Shown: positions 1 to 9,729 of the stretch, piece by piece
Numbering within the stretch: the first letter of the stretch is position 1
Layout of the letters: every line of letters begins with the position of its first letter
Source of the DNA: Saprospiraceae bacterium
Lineage (GTDB): Bacteria > Bacteroidota > Bacteroidia > Chitinophagales > Saprospiraceae
Length of the DNA: 33,656 nucleotides
NCBI GenBank assembly: GCA_020628755.1
Contig: JAHDEQ010000019.1
Coordinates: forward strand, 1-33,656
Direction: 5' to 3'
Notes under the pieces: model-generated
Told to the model about the DNA's origin: nothing
What the model saw: the letters and a program-made list of their open reading frames with translations, nothing else
Databases searched by the model: none
Made by a program: the position numbers and the translations under genes

Positions 1-437
1 TTAGTAATGGTCAAAGAGCATAGAATATATGAAAAAAAATTCAATTATACTATAAAAAAAAGCTCTACACTTTATTTATAAAATAAAAATATTGTCAATT
101 ATTGCTCGGAGATAAAACAAAAGCGTCGTTTTGTGGCTTTTCGCCACAAAAAAAACTAAAAAAAACAGCAGTCGCAAATATCTAAAAATCAATCAATTAT
201 AAACTTCCTAAAAAAATATTTATCTTTTTTTTGAGATTTATAAAATAAAACCATGCGTTTTCGCATTTATATTATCACATTCACTAACACACAAAATTTT
301 TATTTATAAGCGATCACATCTCTACATGACTTAGGTTTTAGCTTAACCACAAAAAAGATTGATACTAGTCAAAAAGTCTTTTTGGTTTTGCCAATAGCCT
401 CCAATTAAATCCGTTTCACACAAATAAACTTATAGTC

Positions 438-1628
438 ATGAGATCGTTCAAATTGAAAAGCCTTTCTACAGGTGTGTTGGTTATCCTTTTAAGTTTCACC
501 AATATTTTTGCACAAGTTACTGTTTTACCCACTAGCACTCCTACTGATGCTGCTGTGGTTGAAGAAACAACAAATCCTGCTGAGCTTGGCGTTGTGCCAA
601 CCAATCAGCCCGACATAAAAGAGAAACAATTGGAAGAACAACAAGGTCTTCTCAATGAAATGTTTGGGGCAGTGAGTTCGGGAAATACCGAAACTGTCGA
701 AACTATGATTGATGAAGGAAAAGTTGATTACTATCGTTTTAATGCAAATGGCGAAACAGCCCTCACGCAAGCCATCCAAAACGATGATGTAGAAATGACA
801 AAACTACTTGCAGAAGAAGCCATTATCAATCTAAAAAATGAAGCAGGAGAAACCCCTCTAACTCTTGCTATCAAAAAGCAAAATGAAGACATCATAAGAT
901 TGGTAATGAAGCGAGCTAAAGCTTCTTTGAAAAATGATTTAGGAGAAGCCCCCATTTTCCTAGCACTTGTCAATAAAGATTTGTATTTACTGCAACAGCT
1001 CATCAAAAATGGAGCTGATGTCAATCGCAAGAGCAATGGCATAACCCCAATTGCTCATGCGGTTGAACTGAACAATTACCGTGCAGTGGGTTATTTGATT
1101 CGCAATGGTGCTACCCCCAACCTCCCAAATGACAACGGCGAAATCCCTCTGTTTTTAGCGATAAAAGAAGGTCATGACGTGATAGCTGGTATCTTGATAA
1201 ACAAGAGTGAAGATGCTTTTGCTGATGTCAATTGGTTCAATGCAATAGGCGACCCCCTACTCAATATTGCAGCTGCCAATGGCAATACAGAGTTGATTCG
1301 TATGCTTGTAGAGGCTGGCGCATCGGTTGACGAAATAGACCATGTTGAAAATACTCCTTTGCATATTGCGGCTGCCAATGGACAAGCCAAAGCTGTGACC
1401 CTCCTACTGACCTACGATGCCGATTTGAACTACCGTAACTTGAAAGGTGCTACACCAATTATGCTAGCTGCTATGAACGGACAAAAGCAAACTTACAATA
1501 TGCTAGTAGAGTATGGTGCGAATGAAAACATCAAAGATTACTTGGGATATACTCCTGCGGAGTACCTTGCCGACCCCAGCTTGGCACTCGATTCCCAAGA
1601 AGGTGTAGCGACGAATCAAGATGATTAA
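438..1628 (+). CDS. Secreted ankyrin-repeat protein (about 9 ANK repeats) with N-terminal signal peptide
   Basis: ATG at 438. The N-terminus MRSFKLKSLSTGVLVILLSFTNIFAQ looks like a signal peptide. Reiterated ANK consensus (G.TPL..A...G....V..Ll..GAd.N), e.g. NGETALTQAIQNDDVEMTKLL, ENTPLHIAAANGQAKAVTLLLTYDADLN, KGATPIMLAAMNGQ. Confidence 0.85.
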   Translation: MRSFKLKSLSTGVLVILLSFTNIFAQVTVLPTSTPTDAAVVEETTNPAELGVVPTNQPDIKEKQLEEQQGLLNEMFGAVSSGNTETVETMIDEGKVDYYRFNANGETALTQAIQNDDVEMTKLLAEEAIINLKNEAGETPLTLAIKKQNEDIIRLVMKRAKASLKNDLGEAPIFLALVNKDLYLLQQLIKNGADVNRKSNGITPIAHAVELNNYRAVGYLIRNGATPNLPNDNGEIPLFLAIKEGHDVIAGILINKSEDAFADVNWFNAIGDPLLNIAAANGNTELIRMLVEAGASVDEIDHVENTPLHIAAANGQAKAVTLLLTYDADLNYRNLKGATPIMLAAMNGQKQTYNMLVEYGANENIKDYLGYTPAEYLADPSLALDSQEGVATNQDD

Positions 1629-1647
1629 AAACCTGAAACATCCCAAA

Positions 1648-1681
1648 TTAGAAGGTGGCTAAAATTTTAGCCACCTTCTAA
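1648..1681 (+). terminator. Perfect 17+17 nt palindromic hairpin 20 nt after the ankyrin gene stop
   Basis: TTAGAAGGTGGCTAAAA/TTTTAGCCACCTTCTAA is fully self-complementary. There is no long T-tract after the stem, so its role as an intrinsic terminator is plausible but not canonical. Confidence 0.55.
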
Positions 1682-2111
1682 CAGAACCGATAACAACCCA
1701 ATACCGAAAAACTCCCTAAAAACCGATACCCCTAAAATCAAATACCTCCTAATACCGATGACTTACAAATCAAAATGTTGATTTGTCCTATAAAAAGGTA
1801 AGATACTGGGCATTGAGTAGTAAAATATCAGAAAATCGCTCCCTATTTCCGTTTGCACTATATTATATCTGTTCTGATTTTCTGTCTTTAGCCCCCTAAA
1901 ACCAAATTGCTATTCAATCGGATAATTATTTCTTGGCAGTTATGAATGGCTGTTTTTTAAAGGAATGATTATCGCCCTTTATCTTATCGCCCAAGCAGAT
2001 TTAGATTTCTAATTTTGCTAAAAAAACATCCCACTTCCGAAAGAAAATTGAAATGAACGTCATCTAAATTTTCATTAAAAATACAGTCTCATATTCATGA
2101 TAGTGGCAGCA

Positions 2112-2133
2112 AATCTACCTGTCGATAGACAGG
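2112..2133 (+). repeat. 22-nt hairpin element, copy 1 (AATCTACCTGTCGATAGACAGG)
   Basis: Stem ACCTGTC/GACAGGT with a 4-nt loop. It matches the reverse complement of 22859-22880 at 21 of 22 positions. Confidence 0.85.
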
Positions 2134-2387
2134 TGATGGTATTGAAAATCATCCTTACCGTCAAAACTTCCCGTAAAACCGATAACGAGCGATTTTTTTG
2201 CTTAAAAATGAGTGTATAAATAATCGTTTTCTCAACAAAGTAATCCCCCTCGCTGCTACTATCTTTATGAGGCCTTTCTTCCCTTATACATTTCTCAATT
2301 CAAGCTATATTTCTTTCTATATCTTATAATACTTTTACAGTAGTTCGTGAAGATATAAAGTAAGTTTGCCGAGCTTATAGTCCCAGT

Positions 2388-3578
2388 TTAAGTTCTCAAA
2401 ATATTCCCTTCTTTACCAAACCAACGGATACACACAGCGATTCCGATGGCAGCAATTGCAAATAAAGACACAAATACTACGGCCAAATGCCCATAATCAA
2501 TCGTGTCTGCAATGATTTCTTTACAGGCCAAAGCCACATTTAAAATGGGAACCATTGCTGTCATATAACTGAGTTGAAAAGAGGGCAACATCGCCATAAT
2601 CAAAGGCATAATAATCACAAATGCCATTGGCTGAATTAAAGACTGCGCCTCCTTAAAAGATTTGGAATATATCGAAGCAGGTATCAAAATACCTGCGAAA
2701 AAAGTCGTCAAAGGAATTAACATCAATATGATAAGTATAATCACTTTGGGACTCAAAATCACATTGAGTACATTCAAAAACTCTTGTGGTATATCGCTAT
2801 TCAAGTTCATAGCAATATACATTCCCACAATAGTCAACAAGCCAGAAATCACTCCTGCCAATACCACAACCATCATTTTACCCAATAAAATTTGAAGGCG
2901 ACTTGTCGGAGCAGTCAAAATAGTTTCCATCGTACCACGCTCTTTTTCTCCCGTAAACAAATCAATTGCTGGATACATTCCTCCCATAAAACAAAACATG
3001 ACAAATAGGTAAGGTAAAAAGCCACCAATCATTTTACCAATAGATTCCGAAGCAGTATAAACATCTTTTTTACTGGTTTTGATGGGATTTATCATGGCTT
3101 TAGTTGTGTTGAGAGAGTCCAAACGTTGGTTTAGCATTTGGTTATTGTAGCGTTCTATAGCGGTTTCTATTCTATCAACAATGGCTGATTCATCTGTAGA
3201 ATTATAAAAAACGGTAAGGTCAGCCGTTTTTCCGCTTCTTAGCGAAGTATCAAAACCATCTTCAATCACCAAAGCCAAATCCAGACTATCCTCTTTGATG
3301 AAGTCGTTGAATTTTACAGGATCTATACCTTCAACAATTTTCATATCTTTCCGCTGTTTGAGTTGTTGTACAAAAGCTGCTCCATTGCCATTGCTTTCAA
3401 TGGCAATGGTAAGGTCTTTTGCTTGCGCACTTTCCATTTGTTTTTTCTGAAATGAAGAAACGACAGTCATCAAAACAGGAATCAACAACAAAGGCACAAC
3501 TATCATTGTGATAAGCGTTCGCTTGTCACGAAACGTATCCAAAATTTCCTTCTTAAAAATGGTCAAAATATTATTCAT
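2388..3578 (-). CDS. ABC-2 family transporter permease (NatB-like, ABC2_membrane_3)
   Basis: 396 aa. One N-terminal TM segment, a soluble loop of about 140 aa, then 5 C-terminal TM segments. The N-terminus MNNILTIFKKEILDTFRDKRTL is typical of NatB-type permeases. Confidence 0.75.
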   Translation of the reverse strand: MNNILTIFKKEILDTFRDKRTLITMIVVPLLLIPVLMTVVSSFQKKQMESAQAKDLTIAIESNGNGAAFVQQLKQRKDMKIVEGIDPVKFNDFIKEDSLDLALVIEDGFDTSLRSGKTADLTVFYNSTDESAIVDRIETAIERYNNQMLNQRLDSLNTTKAMINPIKTSKKDVYTASESIGKMIGGFLPYLFVMFCFMGGMYPAIDLFTGEKERGTMETILTAPTSRLQILLGKMMVVVLAGVISGLLTIVGMYIAMNLNSDIPQEFLNVLNVILSPKVIILIILMLIPLTTFFAGILIPASIYSKSFKEAQSLIQPMAFVIIMPLIMAMLPSFQLSYMTAMVPILNVALACKEIIADTIDYGHLAVVFVSLFAIAAIGIAVCIRWFGKEGNILRT

Positions 3579-3658
3579 AGCTAAAAGGGAGTAAGTTTAT
3601 TATTTTTACTACTTTGCAAAAACTCTTACAATAAAAGAAAGTTATATTAATAAAAAAA

Positions 3659-4759
3659 ATGAGCCAGTTCTATAATTTAAAAGTTGTTCGAAAACAACAA
3701 GAAACGCCTGATACTTATTCTATTTTTTTTGAAGTTCCCGAAAATTTAAAGGATAAGTTCAAATATAAACAAGGACAATATTTGACCCTTAAATTTGATA
3801 TAAAAGGTCAAGAAGCTCGCCGAGCTTATTCCATGTCGAGTAGTCCTTTGGAAAAAGAACTTTGCGTAAGCGTCAAACGAGTCAAAAATGGTCTAGTCAG
3901 CAATTATATTGCTGACCATGTCTCCGAAGATAGTTCTGTAGAGGTTATGCCACCCGATGGCAAATTCTTTACCAAATTGGATGCCGATAATAAAAAAACC
4001 TATTACTTTTTTGGAGCAGGAAGTGGCATTACTCCATTAATGTCTATTATTAAAACTATCTTAGAAGTTGAGCCTCAAAACTCCGTTCATTTGCTGTATG
4101 GCAACCGAACCGAAGAAGATATTATTTTCAAAAATCAATTGGATAATCTTCAACAAAAGTACGAAGGGCAGTTTTTTATAGACTATATTTTGAGTCAACC
4201 TAAAAAAGAAAAACAAGGCGGACTCACAGGCTTTTTCAAAAAAGCCACCACTTTTTGGAAAGGCAAAATTGGTCGTATTGATAATTCAAACATCAAAAAA
4301 TTCTTAGAAGAAAATCCTATTCGTTACAAAAATGTCGAATACTTTATTTGTGGTCCTGGTAATATGATTGACAGTGTTGAGCAATACCTCCTCAATCAAA
4401 ACATAGACAAAAAAAATATCCACACCGAGCGATTCACCGTTACCAAAAATGAGAAAAAAGAAGTCACTCCTGCACTCAACGGCGATGCAAAACTTTCGGT
4501 CATTTTAGAAGGAAAAACCTATCAAACTTCTGTTCCAAAAGGAAAAACCATTCTTGATGTGTTGATAGCCGAAAAACAAGATCCGCCCTACTCTTGTACG
4601 AGTGGAGCTTGCTCAAGCTGTATGGCAAAAGTCTTAAAAGGAAAAGTCGAAATGGAAGCCTGCTTTGCTCTTGACGACGATGAGATAGCCGATGGCTATA
4701 TCCTTACCTGCCAAGCACATCCCACAACCAACGAGGTAGAAATCAATTATGATGTGTAA
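3659..4759 (+). CDS. PaaE/PaaK-like ferredoxin-NAD(P) reductase (FAD/NAD-binding FNR module plus C-terminal plant-type 2Fe-2S ferredoxin)
   Basis: RAYSMSS (RxYS FAD motif), GAGSGITP (NAD(P) motif), C-terminal CTSGACSSC...C cluster-binding pattern. Confidence 0.8.
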   Translation: MSQFYNLKVVRKQQETPDTYSIFFEVPENLKDKFKYKQGQYLTLKFDIKGQEARRAYSMSSSPLEKELCVSVKRVKNGLVSNYIADHVSEDSSVEVMPPDGKFFTKLDADNKKTYYFFGAGSGITPLMSIIKTILEVEPQNSVHLLYGNRTEEDIIFKNQLDNLQQKYEGQFFIDYILSQPKKEKQGGLTGFFKKATTFWKGKIGRIDNSNIKKFLEENPIRYKNVEYFICGPGNMIDSVEQYLLNQNIDKKNIHTERFTVTKNEKKEVTPALNGDAKLSVILEGKTYQTSVPKGKTILDVLIAEKQDPPYSCTSGACSSCMAKVLKGKVEMEACFALDDDEIADGYILTCQAHPTTNEVEINYDV

Positions 4760-4778
4760 AACTTCTTAAAATCCAAAT

Positions 4779-5993
4779 ATGAACTTTGAATACACCGACA
4801 AGTCCAAAGCACTTCAAAAAAGAGTAGATGATTTTATGCAGCAGCATATTTTCCCACTCGAAAAAAAACACTACGAATTTACTTCCAAAAATTTGTGGCA
4901 ACACCATCCTTTTTTAGAAGAACTGAAAGGTTTGGCTCGCAAAGAAGGCTTGTGGAATCTCTTTTTGCCCAAAAGCTATGGCGATTTGAGTCCTGGCTTA
5001 ACCAATTTGGAATATGCGCCACTTGCCGAACTCATGGGACGAGTGATGTGGTCTTCAGAGATATTCAACTGTTCTGCTCCTGATACGGGTAACATGGAAG
5101 TCCTTGCCAAATATGGTACGCCTCAACAACAAAAGCAATGGCTCAAACCCTTAATGAATGGCGATATTCGCTCCGCTTTTTTGATGACAGAGCCACAAGT
5201 TGCTTCATCTGACGCAACGAATATCGAAACTTCTATTGTTCGAGATGGCGACGAATACGTCATCAATGGTCGAAAATGGTGGTCATCGGGTGTGATGAAT
5301 CCCAGCGCAAAAGTTTATATTGTCATGGGCAAAACCGATCCGAAAGCACAACGACACATCCAGCAAAGTATGATTTTAGTCCCTGCGGACACGCCTGGTG
5401 TTAAAGTCGTACGTCCGCTAAGTGTTTTTGGGAATTGGGACTCCCCCGAAGGGCATGGTGAGGTCGAACTCAATAATGTTCGTGTTCCTGCTAGTAATCT
5501 TTTGGTCGACGAAGGCAGCGGCTTTGCGATAGCACAAGGTCGCTTAGGGCCAGGTCGTATTCATCATTGTATGCGTTTGATTGGGGCAGCACAGCGTGCC
5601 TTAGATTTGATGTGTATTCGTGTTTCTCAACGTGAAACCTTTGGTAAGTCCGTTTCGCAGTATAGTAGTATCCGACAAGATATTGCTCAGTCAAGATGTG
5701 ATATTCAACAAGCTCGTTTGTTGACGCTTGCAGCAGCAGATAAGATTGACCGTTTTGGTATAAAAGAAGCTAAAGATTTGGTGGCTATGATAAAAATAGT
5801 TGTTCCTAGCATGACTTGCCGAGTTGTTGACCGTGCCATCCAAGCGCATGGAGGTATGGGTGTGTGCCAAGACACACCCCTCGCAGGTTTTTGGGTATAT
5901 GGGCGAACAGTTCGACTTGCCGATGGTCCTGACGAAGTACACATGTATCAACTTGGTCGAAATACCATCAAACAGATGCAAACAAAGGTCTGA
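4779..5993 (+). CDS. Acyl-CoA dehydrogenase family protein (ACAD10/11 / FadE2-like subgroup)
   Basis: 404 aa. Contains [37 protein letters not shown] and a C-terminal helical domain with QAHGGMG. Starts 19 nt after the reductase gene. Confidence 0.85.
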   Translation: MNFEYTDKSKALQKRVDDFMQQHIFPLEKKHYEFTSKNLWQHHPFLEELKGLARKEGLWNLFLPKSYGDLSPGLTNLEYAPLAELMGRVMWSSEIFNCSAPDTGNMEVLAKYGTPQQQKQWLKPLMNGDIRSAFLMTEPQVASSDATNIETSIVRDGDEYVINGRKWWSSGVMNPSAKVYIVMGKTDPKAQRHIQQSMILVPADTPGVKVVRPLSVFGNWDSPEGHGEVELNNVRVPASNLLVDEGSGFAIAQGRLGPGRIHHCMRLIGAAQRALDLMCIRVSQRETFGKSVSQYSSIRQDIAQSRCDIQQARLLTLAAADKIDRFGIKEAKDLVAMIKIVVPSMTCRVVDRAIQAHGGMGVCQDTPLAGFWVYGRTVRLADGPDEVHMYQLGRNTIKQMQTKV

Positions 5994-6011
5994 ATTACTC
6001 CAAAAAAAATA

Positions 6012-6034
6012 GGCAACTCAATATTTGAGTTGCC
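6012..6034 (+). terminator. Hairpin downstream of the acyl-CoA dehydrogenase gene
   Basis: GGCAACTCA-atatt-TGAGTTGCC, a 9-bp perfect stem. The T-rich run (tattttta) begins only about 11 nt later. Confidence 0.45.
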
Positions 6035-6151
6035 CTGCTCGTTGTATTTTTATGAATGTAATAACCCTATTAACTAACCTAATATAACAACGAGAATATC
6101 CTTTAAACTTACATCCAAAACGGATTACCTTACTACTCAAAAACCAAAACA

Positions 6152-6760
6152 ATGCAAGCATTTATTGTAAAAAGCATTCACCTAGCTCTACGAATTTTAG
6201 TTACCGTTTGGATGTTTCTTGTCGATGCAATTACTATTATAAAAAACGACTGGAAGCAGATATTGTTGTTAGGAACAGTCGTTTTTGCTGTTAAATGCAC
6301 CGCATTTAAGCCAATTTCTACAGTAGAGGATGTTAAAGTCGAAGAATCTACATCTGAAACCATCTCTTCTGAACATTTTACAATACGAGACGAGGTGTTG
6401 AACTTTGCTCAAAAGTACAAGGGGGCTGCCTACAAATATGGTGGAACTACGCCCAAGGGGTTTGATTGTTCGGGATTTACCTTTTTTGTTATGAATGAGT
6501 TTGATGTCAAATTGCCACACAACTCAGCAGCTCAATCAAAAATAGGAAAGAAAATTCCAACGGATAAAGCTCAAAGAGGCGATTTGCTCTTTTTTGAAAA
6601 CAAGGGGAAAGTCAATCATGTCGGTATGGTTTATTCAAACGACAAAGATGGTTTGTACATGATTCATAGTAGTTCAAAAAGAGGTATTGTTATTGACAAT
6701 GTGACGACTTCTTCTTACTGGAAACCCCGACTCAAGTTTGCCCGAAGCATCCTAGATTAA
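6152..6760 (+). CDS. NlpC/P60 (C40) cell-wall peptidase with N-terminal membrane anchor
   Basis: YKYGGTTPKGFDCSGF (catalytic Cys), NHVGMV (His), IHSS. Hydrophobic N-terminal segments. Confidence 0.85.
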   Translation: MQAFIVKSIHLALRILVTVWMFLVDAITIIKNDWKQILLLGTVVFAVKCTAFKPISTVEDVKVEESTSETISSEHFTIRDEVLNFAQKYKGAAYKYGGTTPKGFDCSGFTFFVMNEFDVKLPHNSAAQSKIGKKIPTDKAQRGDLLFFENKGKVNHVGMVYSNDKDGLYMIHSSSKRGIVIDNVTTSSYWKPRLKFARSILD

Positions 6761-6773
6761 AATCTCTATCTAT

Positions 6774-8588
6774 TTGAAAATTGAATATTTAAATAAAATT
6801 CTCTTTTTTCTTTTTTGGCTAGGGGCAACAATTGCCTCTAGCCAAAATACATTTGAGCTAAATCTACAGCATCAAGAAAACAACTCTTTTCTCAAAAAAA
6901 ATAATATTCAGCTCTTGTCTCAACACAGCGATTCCTTAGCTGTTTTGGCATATCTACCTCAATTGCTAAGTCAGCTCCATGAAAAATCTTTTCTGGAAGC
7001 ATCCATTGATAGCTTGTATTTTCAGAATCAAATAGCTTTTGCAAAACTACATCTTGGCCCATCTTATAAATGGCTCATTTTGGAAAATGGAAATATTCCA
7101 GAAACTATTTTAAGTGCTACGCTGTTAAAACCTCCATTCTTTAAAAATAAACCCATTCAATGGTCAGCAGTGCTTCGTATCAAAGAGCAGTTGTTAGAAT
7201 ACGCCGAGCAAAACGGCTACCCGTTTGCTCAAGTTCGCTTGGACAGCCTACAATGGAATGACTCTAAAGCTACTGCACAACTCCATTTAAACCTAAATCA
7301 AAAAGTCATTTTTGATAAAATCAATATTATTGGCAATGCAAAGATTAGTTCTGCGTTTTTAAGCAATTTTTTGGACATCAAAAAAGGAATGTCCTATGAC
7401 CAAACTAAGATTGAAAACATCAGTCAACGTCTCCAAAACTTACCTTATGTACTTGAAAAAAACGCCCCAAAAGTTACCTTTAAAGAAGGGAAAGCAAATG
7501 TCTATCTATTTCTGAATCAAAAAAATACAAGCCGTTTTGATGTGTTAGTCGGAGTTCTTCCTGACAATCGTCCGCAACTAGGTCAGCGCAATGTGGTGGT
7601 AACGGGCAATGGCATCATTGACTTGGTCAATGCTTTTGGGCAAGGCGAACGCTTGACTTTGGAACTGCAACAAATTCGGCCGCAAACTCAAGAGTTAAAT
7701 AGTCATTTTTCGTATCCTTATTTGTTTCAATTGCCTTTTGGATTGAGTGTCGATTTTGATTTATTGAAAAATGATTCAACGAATTTATTGCTTGAGTATG
7801 AAATAGGATTACAATACTTATTGGGTGGAAATAATTATCTAAAAGTCTTTTTTAATAATCAACAAAATCGTTTGTTGACGATTAATGAAAATACCATTAT
7901 TACCCAAAGGCGTTTGCCCAATAATGTGGACACCCAACAACGATTATTTGGATTAGAGTATTTATACAATTGCCTCAATTATTTGTTTAACCCTCAAAAA
8001 GGTTGGTCTATTTTACTCAAAGCAAGTGTTGGCGAAAAAAATATTAACCATAACAATGCTATTGTTGGACTAACTGACCCTAATGATGAAACCTTTGATT
8101 TTGGAACGTTGTATGATGAGATTAAAGATAATACAACACAATATAGACTAGGAGCTTCTTTGGAATATTTTATTCCAGTAGCAAGGCGCAGTACTGTACT
8201 ATTGAAATCTCAAAATGCCTTCATTATTAATCAAGATGGAATCTTTGAAAATGAACTATATCGCATTGGTGGCAATCAAATCCAAAGAGGATTTGATGAG
8301 GAAAGTATTTTGGCGAGTTTTTATTCTATCAATACTATTGAGTATCGTTGGTTATTTACAAAAAACTCCAACTTATACACATTTGCAGACTTAGGTTATA
8401 TAGAAAAAGAGGTAAATGATGTACTAGAAGTTCTTCAGCCCGTCGGTTTAGGATTTGGGCTCAACCTTGAGACGAGTGCTGGAATATTCGGATTAAGTAT
8501 TGCCACAGCAAAAGACCAACGGCAAAGAGAAGATTTTTTTGACCTCCGCAATCCTAAGGTACATTTTGGCTATGTAAATATTTTTTAA
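6774..8588 (+). CDS. Omp85 / surface antigen D15 family outer-membrane protein (POTRA plus beta-barrel)
   Basis: TTG start 13 nt after the NlpC/P60 gene. Signal peptide; POTRA-like segment (FDKINIIGNAKISSAFLSNFLDIKKGMSYDQTKIE); alternating beta-strand pattern; C-terminal ...HFGYVNIF ends in Phe as in OMP barrels. Confidence 0.7.
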   Translation: MKIEYLNKILFFLFWLGATIASSQNTFELNLQHQENNSFLKKNNIQLLSQHSDSLAVLAYLPQLLSQLHEKSFLEASIDSLYFQNQIAFAKLHLGPSYKWLILENGNIPETILSATLLKPPFFKNKPIQWSAVLRIKEQLLEYAEQNGYPFAQVRLDSLQWNDSKATAQLHLNLNQKVIFDKINIIGNAKISSAFLSNFLDIKKGMSYDQTKIENISQRLQNLPYVLEKNAPKVTFKEGKANVYLFLNQKNTSRFDVLVGVLPDNRPQLGQRNVVVTGNGIIDLVNAFGQGERLTLELQQIRPQTQELNSHFSYPYLFQLPFGLSVDFDLLKNDSTNLLLEYEIGLQYLLGGNNYLKVFFNNQQNRLLTINENTIITQRRLPNNVDTQQRLFGLEYLYNCLNYLFNPQKGWSILLKASVGEKNINHNNAIVGLTDPNDETFDFGTLYDEIKDNTTQYRLGASLEYFIPVARRSTVLLKSQNAFIINQDGIFENELYRIGGNQIQRGFDEESILASFYSINTIEYRWLFTKNSNLYTFADLGYIEKEVNDVLEVLQPVGLGFGLNLETSAGIFGLSIATAKDQRQREDFFDLRNPKVHFGYVNIF

Positions 8589-9394
8589 GGAAAATATTCT
8601 TGTAGAAATCGTTGATAACGATCTTCAAAAGTATCTTCTTCCATACCACAAAGTGAAGCTCGCTCCATAATATTTTCTAAACGATTAGGTACAATAGGGC
8701 GTGTATTTATCCAATCAATCAATTCATTAGACGCATCTGCTTCCATTAATAAGTCCTTTAAACCAAAAGCATCATATTGAAAATTACATAATACATCTAG
8801 TGCAAAATCATCAGCATCCCTTACATCATCAGCCGAAAATCTGAGGTCTCTCAGAAGGCATACAATTTGGTCTATATCCGCATCAGGATTATCTAAAACG
8901 ACATCTCCAAAAATAAATCCGACATTAGAAATTTGACTTCCAATTTGATTTATAATTGCATCAGAATCTGTATAATAAATTTCATGCGCCAAAAGACACA
9001 TAAACTCACTTTCTGTATGAATAAATTTTAGTAAACCTGAATATATAAAAATTTTCCCTCCAGGAGCCGTAAATACACTTTTGCGTGCATCATCATTTAG
9101 GATAATCAATTCCCAAGTATAATTTTCTCGTCGCTTGACAACATCTGTTGTCAAGAGCGTTTTCATCAAAACATTTAAATAATTGTATGCTTCGGGATAT
9201 TCATGTTCACTTAATACAGGAAATTTGCTAGGGTTAGAAAGTACCTCATCTTTGATAGCATCTCCAATAAGAGCTTGGTCACTTAATGTATATTCTGTTA
9301 GATTAATGTGTACATTATCTCCTGGTTCTTTACAGGCACTATACAATAATAGAATGAAAAAGATAGAGATAATATGATAAAAAGATTTTGACAT
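8585..9394 (-). CDS. M48-like (BepA/Ste24-type) lipoprotein with a degenerate zinc motif
   Basis: Lipoprotein-like N-terminus (...LLLYSAC). M48 core FTAPGGKIFIYSGLL...LLAHEIYYT, where HExxH reads HEIYY. Downstream RDADDFALDVL resembles the E..AD..g third-ligand region. Confidence 0.55.
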   Translation of the reverse strand: MSKSFYHIISIFFILLLYSACKEPGDNVHINLTEYTLSDQALIGDAIKDEVLSNPSKFPVLSEHEYPEAYNYLNVLMKTLLTTDVVKRRENYTWELIILNDDARKSVFTAPGGKIFIYSGLLKFIHTESEFMCLLAHEIYYTDSDAIINQIGSQISNVGFIFGDVVLDNPDADIDQIVCLLRDLRFSADDVRDADDFALDVLCNFQYDAFGLKDLLMEADASNELIDWINTRPIVPNRLENIMERASLCGMEEDTFEDRYQRFLQEYFP

Positions 9395-9729
9395 TTTTCA
9401 CTTACTAAATTGGGAGAAATAGTTTAACAAAAAAATGGAGTGTGGGTAGTTAAGAACAGAGATTTTAGAAACCTTATGTACGTCTATTGTTCTTTTATAT
9501 CATTTTCAATAAAACAAGGCCAAAAAATATGCCATAAACTCAAAAACACCTTGTTTTAACAAAAAACATGCAAAATTCAATGTCACTTTCTAGCAAAATG
9601 TATGTTTTTTGTTATAAAATAAAAAAGGTGCTGTTTTTTTTATTAGAAAATGCCATTTTCAGCAAATAGCAGCCCCTATTTATCCCAAAATTGATGCTCA
9701 ATTTTTGGGATAAAAAATAAAACTTTGAC

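Noticed and set aside
74-250. Perfect 15-nt direct repeat ATTTATAAAATAAAA (74-88 and 236-250), and similar TTTATTTATAA strings
   Set aside because: These are A/T-only, low-complexity sequences in a very AT-rich region. Chance recurrence is plausible, so they are mentioned only as context.
2097-2219. 40-aa ORF (MIVAANLPVDRQVMVLKIILTVKTSRKTDNERFFCLKMSV) inside the long gap
   Set aside because: It has no visible ribosome-binding context or recognisable family. It runs through the 22-nt hairpin repeat and is probably fortuitous.
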